Shown here one piece after another: positions 21,101-27,630 of a DNA stretch of 64,000 nucleotides. Each line of letters begins with the position of its first letter. Position 1 is the stretch's first letter. Below the pieces are notes generated by a model, which saw only the letters and a program-made list of their open reading frames with translations, had not been told where the DNA came from and made no database searches. Made by a program: the position numbers and the translations under genes. The stretch is from a virus, in IMG/VR virus record IMGVR_UViG_3300032315_000647, positions 50,746 to 114,745 of that record; one strand, 5' to 3'.

Positions 21101-24100
21101 GTTTACCTCTCATCACTCCCGCTGTAGCTCTAGGAAGTATAATGGTAGATTTCTTAGCTGTAGGTTCATATTCCTTACTGAATGGTTCAGTTTGAACATC
21201 GTTATCAGCAGTGCCTAATGCTTCAGCAAGAAGTTGTTGATTCTTGAATAGTCTTTCTTCTTCAGCTTTTCTAAGTTGATAAGCATCTGCCACAGATTGA
21301 AATCTATCAAGAATCTGCTTCTTAGCATTATACTCATTTCCTAATTCATTCAACCTGCCATAAAGATCAGCTATCTCTTTATTTGCATCCTCAAGTTGTT
21401 TCTCACTAACAGCTACGTCTTTCTGTACATCCTGTAGAAGAGCATAATCAGCAAGATATTCTTTCAGAGTCTTAACTTCTGAGAACACTGGGTTATCCTT
21501 CATCCTCTCCATGCTATCCTTTATGTAGGAAGGATAGTCAGCATCAAATTTCTGCAAAGCAGATTGCAGCATAGAGATGAACTCCTTGATGGCAGATTCA
21601 ATATCACCAACCATCTTTGACAATGTATTAATATTGTCACCTGTTTCTTTGACAAGTAAGTCAATCCACTTAACTTGCTCTTTTAGTTCTTTAAGAAACT
21701 CTCCAGAGTTTTCAGGAAGCTCATCAAGGTTTTGTGCAAAGTCTTCAAAATAAGAGAGATTAAACTCAAGCTCATTTTTCTCAGCAGTGAGTTTAGCAAT
21801 CTCATCTTCAGTGTCTTCCTTCATACGAGAAAGCTTAGTAAGAGCTTTACTAGTAGTGGATAGAATTTTACTAAACCTAATATTTTGACGACTGAGTTCA
21901 GGATACTTAGCTTCAATAGCTTTTTCTCTTTTTGTACGAGCTTCAGTTGCTTTTACCTCACCTATCTTTCCTAAGTCATCTTGAATGCTTTGAAGATCTT
22001 TCTTCTTATTTTCAAGCTTACGATTCACTTCCTCAAGACGAGATCTGGTTTCCTCTTCAAGCTCTACAATAATTTCAAGACGATTACCTCTATTTCTTGC
22101 AAGTGTATCTTCAGTTTTCTGACGAGCAATCTCTTCAGGAGATGTAAATTCCTGTCTAGCTTCTGCTTGTTCAGAATTTTCAATTGTCCCTACAACTTTT
22201 ATACGAGCCTCTTTAAATCCTTCCTGTACTTGGAAGTATTCATTCTTAAGAGCTTTTCTTTTGATTTGTCCTTTATCATTTTTATAAACAAAGAAAAGTT
22301 TACCATTATCATATTCTATTCTTCCTTGTTTCTTTCCTCCAAAATTTTTTCCAAAGTTGTATTCAAATATTTCGTTCTTGTGTCTACGGAAATAGTTAAC
22401 GGTTTTATTACTACGAACTTCATCAGCCCTAGCAATTTTATAATCAAAAAGAACATCTTTAGATATGTCTCTTATCTCTCCTTTGTTATCCTTAATCTTG
22501 ATTGTACCATCTGCATTCTCACCAAGTATAGTGAGAGCACTTATAGTGATAGGCACCTCAAGTCCATCTTTATCATAATCAAATGCCTTTCCTACAAAAT
22601 ACTCAACTCCTGTAGCAAGTAAACGATCTTTTTTATCACCTTTAATTGTAATGAGTTTTGCACCTTCAGGAGCTTTTTCTACATCTTCTTGTTCTTCAGC
22701 TTTTTCATCTTCTGGTGTACGCTCATACTCCTTGAATTTCTCAGGAGTCTTTTTTATTTCGTTATATTCTTTCAGGAACTTATCCCTACGAATACTCATT
22801 TCAGCCACATCCTCAAGAGATTGAGCAATGTCATCTTTCTCAACGTCAGAGATGGTCTTCATGTTTGCAATGCTATCAATAGCAGCATTGAAACTATCCA
22901 CCTTACCTTCAATAATATCCTGGACAACACTATCAATGTTAATACCTGCAGCAGCAAGTTTAGGAGTGAGTTTAGGGATACGAACATCATAATCAGCCAC
23001 TTTAGAAGCAGCATACACCATCTGATCAATTACAGATGAAGGATATACACGTTTTCCTTGTTCATCTATTTGACCAGCATATCGTAAGTTGAGAGACTGA
23101 TATAGAGATTTTACATTATCTGCAGTTTGTTGCAGCGATATAACACGCTGCAGAAATGCCTCTCTTGTATCTGTAGGAAGAGCTTTTCCCTCAGCTACAA
23201 GTTGAGCAAATCCTTCATCTGTACTAGCCAGAGCTCTATAGTCATTGATATCAGCTTGCACCAAATCAAACCTACCATACTTAATACGAGGAGAGAGATA
23301 GTTAATTACATAATCTGCCTCCTTATCCTTACTATTCAATACATCACCTTTCTTCAGAAGTTCTTCTCTTTCTTGTTGAAGAACAGTTCCACGGTTGACA
23401 GAATCAATTGTATCTTTAGTAAAGTCTGAAAGTCTATATTTATTGAACTTCTGAACAGCATCAACTGTATTCTTGCTTTGTTCTACATCCTCTTTATACT
23501 TTCCTCTGCCTTGCATAATTGCACCAGACAAGCCACCAATAATAACACTCTCAATACCTTCATCAGTTCCAAAGGTTTGTTGTAACCCTTCTGAAAGACT
23601 GCTGAGAAAGCTTGTAGGTTCATTATTGTTCTTCTTATTGAAATAGTCTTTAACACTTACACCAATTGCATACTGAGCACCTTCTTCAAATGCTTCAGAT
23701 GTAGAAAATGTATAAGGTCTGATTTTGTTAAGAGTTCCTAAAATCTTACCACCAACAGAAGGTTTTGCAATATATTTTCCACCCTCTTCAACAATATTTT
23801 TTGTTTCTGATATAAGAGAATTAATCATTCCCTTTTCAGCAGTGAATGAAGAACCTAATATTTTAGGAAATTGAATATAGTTGGTTGCTGTAAGCAATCC
23901 AACATTAGCCCAGAAAGATGAATCACCTACTTGTTCAGCTTTTCTATTAATAGCGTCCATATCCTCACCTTGAGGATATACACCATTGTTCTCAGCCCTA
24001 TATTCTTCAATTAATCTATCCCTTTCTTCATTTAGATTCTGCAAAGCTTCAAACCCAGCTTCACCTGTTGTAGCTAGTCCAGAAACAACAGCTCTTCCTC

Positions 24101-24941
24101 CAGGGTTTAATACTTTATAAGAGCTGAGGAATTTATCAGAAAGAGATTTAATTTTACCATACGTATCAGCCACCTTATTAGCAGAAGCAAGTCCTGCTTC
24201 TGTAGCAGCTAACACTTCAGCTTGTTTTCCAATTGATACAAGACGAGATATACCAGGAAGTGCACTAAGTCCTTTGATACCAGCAGCATATACACCTCCT
24301 GACAATGCTGCACCAGCAGCGTAGCCAAGATTTTTTACAATACCATTCCAAAGGAAGTTTGCTGTAAAAAGATTATCAGGAGAATACCAAGCTGCATCTT
24401 TCTCAACATTAGTGTAATAGTTAGGAAGAAGATTATTATCAAGTTCTTTATTAAGATTATCTAGTGCCCTGTTCATTTCATTATCGTAGAAAGAAGAGGG
24501 GTTACCAGTGGCTATCCAATTACCAACACCATTAACAAGTCCCACCGTACCTTGTAAAAAGGTGGTACCTGTAAGAACAATTCCTTTCCCAACACCATTG
24601 ACCATTTTCTCAGCCCAAGTCTGACCTTGAGCATATGCATCTTCATTGTTATAATCACCAGGTACAAATGAATTATATCTAGGATTAGACATTTCACTAA
24701 GAGGACGCATGATAGATCCGCCTCTCATTTGACCTGTGGAGGATTTTCTAACAGAAGCATCAAGTGCCTGAAGAGCAGATACTGATTCAGTTCCTCTACC
24801 AGGACCTTCAGGTGTAGGATTATTAAGACCTCTAAAGTCAACATTAGGAAGTGGCTCTGGAGCACCACTAGGTTTATATCCACCAAATTGTTGTTCTAAA
24901 CCTGATCTATCAAGTAACGGTCCTTGTGGATTCTCTGCCAT
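12171..24941 (-). CDS. Giant virion-packaged DNA-dependent RNA polymerase (crAss-like vRNAP) with zincin-like domain
   Basis: 4256 aa; catalytic GSDFDIDKL (~14920-14945), GYRIPTQKQNS and ETDGAG motifs of crAss two-barrel RNAPs; YHEVFHAV HExxH motif (~19010-19040); Gly/Ala-rich hydrophobic N-terminus. Confidence 0.92.
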   Translation of the reverse strand: MAENPQGPLLDRSGLEQQFGGYKPSGAPEPLPNVDFRGLNNPTPEGPGRGTESVSALQALDASVRKSSTGQMRGGSIMRPLSEMSNPRYNSFVPGDYNNEDAYAQGQTWAEKMVNGVGKGIVLTGTTFLQGTVGLVNGVGNWIATGNPSSFYDNEMNRALDNLNKELDNNLLPNYYTNVEKDAAWYSPDNLFTANFLWNGIVKNLGYAAGAALSGGVYAAGIKGLSALPGISRLVSIGKQAEVLAATEAGLASANKVADTYGKIKSLSDKFLSSYKVLNPGGRAVVSGLATTGEAGFEALQNLNEERDRLIEEYRAENNGVYPQGEDMDAINRKAEQVGDSSFWANVGLLTATNYIQFPKILGSSFTAEKGMINSLISETKNIVEEGGKYIAKPSVGGKILGTLNKIRPYTFSTSEAFEEGAQYAIGVSVKDYFNKKNNNEPTSFLSSLSEGLQQTFGTDEGIESVIIGGLSGAIMQGRGKYKEDVEQSKNTVDAVQKFNKYRLSDFTKDTIDSVNRGTVLQQEREELLKKGDVLNSKDKEADYVINYLSPRIKYGRFDLVQADINDYRALASTDEGFAQLVAEGKALPTDTREAFLQRVISLQQTADNVKSLYQSLNLRYAGQIDEQGKRVYPSSVIDQMVYAASKVADYDVRIPKLTPKLAAAGINIDSVVQDIIEGKVDSFNAAIDSIANMKTISDVEKDDIAQSLEDVAEMSIRRDKFLKEYNEIKKTPEKFKEYERTPEDEKAEEQEDVEKAPEGAKLITIKGDKKDRLLATGVEYFVGKAFDYDKDGLEVPITISALTILGENADGTIKIKDNKGEIRDISKDVLFDYKIARADEVRSNKTVNYFRRHKNEIFEYNFGKNFGGKKQGRIEYDNGKLFFVYKNDKGQIKRKALKNEYFQVQEGFKEARIKVVGTIENSEQAEARQEFTSPEEIARQKTEDTLARNRGNRLEIIVELEEETRSRLEEVNRKLENKKKDLQSIQDDLGKIGEVKATEARTKREKAIEAKYPELSRQNIRFSKILSTTSKALTKLSRMKEDTEDEIAKLTAEKNELEFNLSYFEDFAQNLDELPENSGEFLKELKEQVKWIDLLVKETGDNINTLSKMVGDIESAIKEFISMLQSALQKFDADYPSYIKDSMERMKDNPVFSEVKTLKEYLADYALLQDVQKDVAVSEKQLEDANKEIADLYGRLNELGNEYNAKKQILDRFQSVADAYQLRKAEEERLFKNQQLLAEALGTADNDVQTEPFSKEYEPTAKKSTIILPRATAGVMRGKPHQVRANTFGFNLERFPNRENIRGVYVTSKNEDEIIPGLTDRLRMDEAGQINEDIKKDEIIALVMVEEDADGNISLVGEDGQPIAEGANPLDTAIYQVFPDAELKWGAEYDNASMFRKDTPKEVVDSVTAQYKAWRTSVLENPSLRDRHAIGASFGRVQNVTDADGKIIYETRTSVEDANLISTADLESSQLINIPTLPSEGSNLAVLEQGTTTLRTPIGSVVLELPNGLVKLQNRKHTQKEAETIYQVIHQLAKNMLNPQVGIKSPESERLLNWLKSVVYWGIPVDQNKERKPAGYNSIFFEKDPETGKFMLSISGRGKDFPFTPTSLEENKNEIMLLLSNMYNNIKSHYTKQLNESYEEILSISPKGEVISRTWKNYQSYLLSNTTPDGKKRSGEELPLATTMRPVANEEDINRTDIYFYTTDTADDFVIPVVEKKKVATIKRITPGAPATPTAAPKVEAPSVIPSTPASTEEPPFETVTVGVPEAVAVPTSGYVLDGESKNIYVSPEGKQIIFVAPSDTTPANLIDKIKILKGGDLDEVVAKIKAAGKDPGEILKKTIFNAIAPTLDQIRATEEELVITIPEAVPEATVADASAKVGKPISQSIIDAVNEKIIGESDEALRVIVEQELKAFVPENWNQVETWLKANFPNVPIYRVKNIIQATNGKQAWGMFKDGAIYIYENAEVGTVYHEVFHAVWRMFSDPTEQKSVMDEMRARSGKFFDRASLKDVSYSKATEEQLEERLAEEFRDYIQFKKIPQKPAKGRPYILKLFADMLTTIKEFFLGRDSDSKVEKMFSKIGKGYYKSNLPLVNSLAYAKQGIIDVEDAFADSDAVLSLAGINDRERNDIIQHMTYLTLTDMIKTDESLFEVEKRNKKEIYDNLRYQIYRTIAKKARKAQALVRENKNTQEEVNPYISNVLQLMQHVKDQWETIVERHQEYLKSYQIEFDEDENLMVRDEHNSGKSDYQDASKIDNFKKASSAIKLLLSTIPQVNAQGKIIPSSIGGALLLPVGKTYISLMNNLHNSASIEEMLENLRKMAENDVNYRTLYKRITKRSWEEKGVDLGQIKTQHGLQLISSLWNTFKKQNPSVKNVFILENGEVVVGEANLASAGEQIRNEYINSIVFKAKEGKGFFTYNEKEKAFVGDPSKLAKVTNLATPAGLTSFLKELGIPFSVEDVNKMTSDQYKKFKEATLGIKASIAKTEKIATFSGKALGMRGRLLELALVRAAISNPEFSSTYFSVSGERTQSYIGTNAASDLRTFLSKVKVFNKESVGGTQYSYLLTDSFAKNSNILSRMFASNGKIKEGSEDLFEIGYVGGTVDEAKGKRKESSRLTYRQRLVQELNLNVKGWYLNLVPGDASLEWMIKLGNAISAASVRKGMGDINEIFKGYFLSELELVREDRPVAKGRKSKEMRFFKGILGDLHNKVVSATGTPEQVYKDFEKEINRKIEDFMTTDMNKLKIVLSRYGILKETEEGFSIENTELPKNMTEKELNVELMALTANYMIANIEMHKLLYSDPYQYEDELKRIKNFNSPRQAIINSSPKMNTAFNNIWNKGFSSGDIGFTKFTRDYFRTATHADVIGIIDLHNYEKFKETDGAGIINMRANRHFRIRASDWNSDEERQYRYDVAWEKNDKGLDMSPEERVLLAAGNPGIQSAYTPIKPIVSGSKLAKNGTASSYNNVMLDKFALYPLSYRIMKQINSDANAIKLYEKMQKEDIDYIVFASSRKVGAQDPHETYIDGQFNNTPYSEKNITNVPFSIMSIQAEVPSKDTSDVTRGSQITKLITLDFMEAGVPVDFFPGQPFNNRYKAWYKLSDGEKLERSKLYRNIKENQDLLEALIEEGYKTTLERLGIKETITKDKDGKIIERKYEITDFSKAAQTLRDEMLKREINDNASDALAGFLQGKVVLEATPAYQQVRNVIYSIADKQFISPKINGGMKVQIPSTLLESGVRKLKDGFYESEVLKFYEKDGKRVAEVMLGRWFDSPLSDEELINYLNNTEEGQKVLSGVGYRIPTQKQNSVDVIVIKKFLPKEFKDSVVIPAALVQKVGSDFDIDKLSIYLKNVYIKNGKPKLIPYFGIGQQAIDKFKELFDKGEFLSPEQMRELDRYIAEETLLMEDEMDDAAGKFLKSIFGNFFSEEELTAEFMKDVRSKDQIVKKLYKKSLENGYIQSMENLITSDENYENLIKPNSAEVLKKLSAKIAQKTIGQTFDYKNVENMLDRTFMSSLRHAFVTGKYAIGIAAVNQTNHSLNQRQPIYIDKNRLDRASEDDRFWLTDNPDIKFEKYNTIEVDGKMVPTLSMIKNKAGEYISDIIGMFIDGYVDISKGPWIMELGATPNVASTWLFLVKLGVPVNTVAYFMNQPIIRDYLRTIESAGYSWLFIDDFVELMGYRYEQEMSETELDRRLQSFKIPSETALEKNLGKLPSDMSAQEKTDQYLMLKEFLKYAKMAEHMFHVTQGSNYDTASFNDPYLIFKKQMQQIKAQNTIISSVDTLLSNSFVGKLAQNINQVRDAFAQILKSDSPKVRGVIQKVLKPYVNMSDRDFVKVAQKAVADLFDWAVQTDQNLNKQITDILINDGGVGREVVNFVNQLKESNDPLANNEIIRIIEGIPSMRAAKGGVNNVKLNMAENKVYDQNNVIYAFRELRDRLKDDKNPLYDRIVTLAILQSGLSSSPISFTSLIPYEDFEKIYNATLSKLEGLSNLDDFYKLGVFERNNWNNDDITPYLKAALITSKKTGKKYYNPSMKFLPNPVQDAVAKGEIPPVLTRSKNNREASFDYIVYTWEKENDLLTKEEIEQANARGIELYKVIKDKKAKMRKAGDFSFMNKGLFRKVYDNSGTPLEHSDQEGKKYFVYKAVNAWGDSFRANEFYDVDHKSVIENGFIQVEDVDNNVIISKFLQDPKSYKRSVPTQQAPTAPRVPLTFEKAFSPERQKQILKNYSAKYKMTEDEALGEIMECITLEGQMAIKKLKECY

Positions 24942-27538
24942 TATAACGGTTTTTTAGAAGCCTTTTCCAATAGTTGCAAATCGTTTCTAGTAGCTTGTCT
25001 ACCATCATTCAGTAATTCATGAATAGCCGCATCTGTAAGTTGCGACATGATAGGAACTACTTCTTCCTCACTAAGCATTCTAGGATAGCCAATATCATTA
25101 TGGTAGGTTTTTGTAATAGGATCGTACATGTTAAGTCTTAATGAGTATGTCCTCCCACCGTCATTACTAATCACTGCACCAGTAACTCCATAACTTCTTA
25201 TATTAGGAAAGTCAATTGCTTTAAGATTTGAATTCTGATATGTTATATCCCCTTTTGTAGGATTAGTTGATAGAAAAGAACTATTAGGATCACTAAACTT
25301 TTGCATCATCCTTTGATAAGGTCTGAATGCTCTCACTGCTGGAGAAGGTTCAAATCTATCACCAAACATAGCATACTTCTGTTCAGGAGTCATATTGAAA
25401 GTGGTAGTACCAGCTTTACCTCTGGCTGTAATTTGATATATAGGAGGACTAAATTCTGTACCTTCTATTATTGTTACACTGCCTTCAGCGTCCCCACCCT
25501 CTGAAATTCCTCTTAATATGTCTTTGTTTAGTGATGGAGATTCAGCAATTGCTCCTTTTTGAGAATCAGCAAGGTCTGCTACTTTACCAAATAAGGATGA
25601 TAAACTCTCTTTCTGTGCTTTTGTAGTTGTAGGAATATTATAAGAAACACCTTGTGCGCTCAACACTCTTCTTTTAACTTCCTCTTCTATAAACTCGTTT
25701 TTCTTCTTAAGAACATCATTGTATTTGACATTCACATTTTTTGAATAATAGTTCAAGTTATCTGTTAACACTTTATCTGCCTGAGTAAATCCTTTTCCAA
25801 GAAATCTTGCTTTTTCTGCTTCATAAAGCCTATACTCTTTTTGAGAAAGTTCATTTTTTGCTCTATTGTCATCAAACGTAACATTAGCTCTACCTCCAGC
25901 TTCTGCCGAACTTACAATTTTGTAATTATTAATTTTTGAATTAAAGTCAACTAGATCTTTTGGAGTGTAGGTGAATCTGTTTCCTTTGTTATCAGTATAG
26001 TTAAGATTGGGAGCATTTTTAGGAATACCGCTATACACATCGCCATACACTCTATCAGCTTCTGAACTAATTTTACCAATCATCACTTTATTCTCTTCAG
26101 CAACTCTTCTTAATCGTTCTGTATTATCAAAATGCTGTTTTACTACAGGATCCACTCCATTTGGAGATCTTAAATAAGCTTCTCTTTGTTGATTCAACCA
26201 AGCTTGATCTTTTCCTTTACTAGCTGCAAAATCAGCATCTGATTTTGCAATAGCTGATGAATAATTCTCTGTTTGGTTTACTACAGTACCTAAAACAACT
26301 TTTGGGAGAGTGTTAGGATCAACAGGACCAGGAAGACCACCGTAACCTTCAAGTTCAGTTCTTTTCAAACGGTTCTCTTCTTTTTTCTCAAAAAGTTCTT
26401 GTTCTCTAAGAGAAAGATTCTTTTTAGACAAATCATAATCAAGAAGAAATTTCTTCCAATCCTGTTCCTTCTTTTCTCTTTCTAATGCAATTTGTGCAAG
26501 AGGGTTATTTTCATATGTCTGAGAAGTTTCTGTGAACGAGAATGCATTAGAAAATCCATTCATGAAATCAGAAGTGAACAATCTTGCTTTTGCAGAATCT
26601 ATATCTCCACTAGCAAATGTTTTTGAAATATTACCATATTCAGTGGAGATGTTATTTAAGATTTTATCAAGATCTTTTATCTTCCTATCCAGCTGTGCCT
26701 TTTCTACAGCAGATGATGTAGAGCTTTTAGCATTCTCAAGAACATTACGTTGTTGAGCAAATGAATCGTATTTGTTTTTATAGGAAGAGTTAACAGATTT
26801 TACAAATTGTTCACCGTCAAGATTTGCATAACTATACCTACCATCAATTTCCATCTGTTTCCAGTCAGAAGGAGTGAGTCCTGCAAGAAGAGCTTGTTGA
26901 ATTTTCTCAGGAGAAATACCTGCCATCTTCTCTCTTAGAATAGCATCTTGAATTACCAAATTACCTTTACTATCTATTCTGAAGGCATCATCTCTAATAC
27001 TTGAATCTTTTGTAAGACTCTTTATTACCTCAAGTGCATTCTTTTTGTAATTAGTGTAAGGGTTATAAGTTCCGTTAAATGTGTCATCTAAACTTTTGCT
27101 GTTCAGCCATTTACTAGCTCTATCTTTAAAATCCCAATCATTTGAAGGAGACCCTTTACCTTCTTTATTGAAGGTTGCCATATCATTCAAACCCTTTCTA
27201 TAGGCTTGTGTAGAAGACAAAGCATTTACAACATTACGATCTTTGACAATCTGATTTGTCATACCTGCTACAGAGTTAACCAACTGAAAGTTGGAAAAGT
27301 CACCAGCTGCTACTGTTTTGAGATTGTTCCCAAGTTCATTCAACTTAGATTGCAAATATGCTTTATCTATATCACGAACTACGTCTAGTCCAGCAATATT
27401 ATCTATCTGAGATTGAATCTTCTGAACGCCTTCATCATAGCGCTTTTGCTTTTCCATACCAACTTTCACCATAGCTTCCACAGGAAGCTGCTGGATGTAT
27501 GGATTAAATTGCGGTATAAGATCTGTAAATGAAGCCAT
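24941..27538 (-). CDS. Virion cargo/ejection protein (865 aa)
   Basis: Position before the vRNAP; FNPYIQQLPVEAMVKVGMEKQKRYD N-terminus typical of crAss-like internal proteins; stop overlaps the RNAP start. Confidence 0.7.
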   Translation of the reverse strand: MASFTDLIPQFNPYIQQLPVEAMVKVGMEKQKRYDEGVQKIQSQIDNIAGLDVVRDIDKAYLQSKLNELGNNLKTVAAGDFSNFQLVNSVAGMTNQIVKDRNVVNALSSTQAYRKGLNDMATFNKEGKGSPSNDWDFKDRASKWLNSKSLDDTFNGTYNPYTNYKKNALEVIKSLTKDSSIRDDAFRIDSKGNLVIQDAILREKMAGISPEKIQQALLAGLTPSDWKQMEIDGRYSYANLDGEQFVKSVNSSYKNKYDSFAQQRNVLENAKSSTSSAVEKAQLDRKIKDLDKILNNISTEYGNISKTFASGDIDSAKARLFTSDFMNGFSNAFSFTETSQTYENNPLAQIALEREKKEQDWKKFLLDYDLSKKNLSLREQELFEKKEENRLKRTELEGYGGLPGPVDPNTLPKVVLGTVVNQTENYSSAIAKSDADFAASKGKDQAWLNQQREAYLRSPNGVDPVVKQHFDNTERLRRVAEENKVMIGKISSEADRVYGDVYSGIPKNAPNLNYTDNKGNRFTYTPKDLVDFNSKINNYKIVSSAEAGGRANVTFDDNRAKNELSQKEYRLYEAEKARFLGKGFTQADKVLTDNLNYYSKNVNVKYNDVLKKKNEFIEEEVKRRVLSAQGVSYNIPTTTKAQKESLSSLFGKVADLADSQKGAIAESPSLNKDILRGISEGGDAEGSVTIIEGTEFSPPIYQITARGKAGTTTFNMTPEQKYAMFGDRFEPSPAVRAFRPYQRMMQKFSDPNSSFLSTNPTKGDITYQNSNLKAIDFPNIRSYGVTGAVISNDGGRTYSLRLNMYDPITKTYHNDIGYPRMLSEEEVVPIMSQLTDAAIHELLNDGRQATRNDLQLLEKASKKPL

Positions 27539-27553
27539 TTTATATCAAGTTAG

Positions 27554-27630
27554 CAAATGTATTATTAACGATTATATTTTCCAAGAGAAATAACAATTTT
27601 TGGTAAACGGCTATAACTGAATTAGTTATA
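27554..27630 (-). promoter_or_regulatory. Promoter (-7 TACATTTG at 27554-27561) with upstream tandem TAAC-N7-GTTA palindromes
   Basis: TAnnTTTG box; TATATTTTCCAA at 27573-27584; TAACAATTTTTGGTA at 27591 and TAACTGAATTAGTTA at 27614. Confidence 0.65.
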
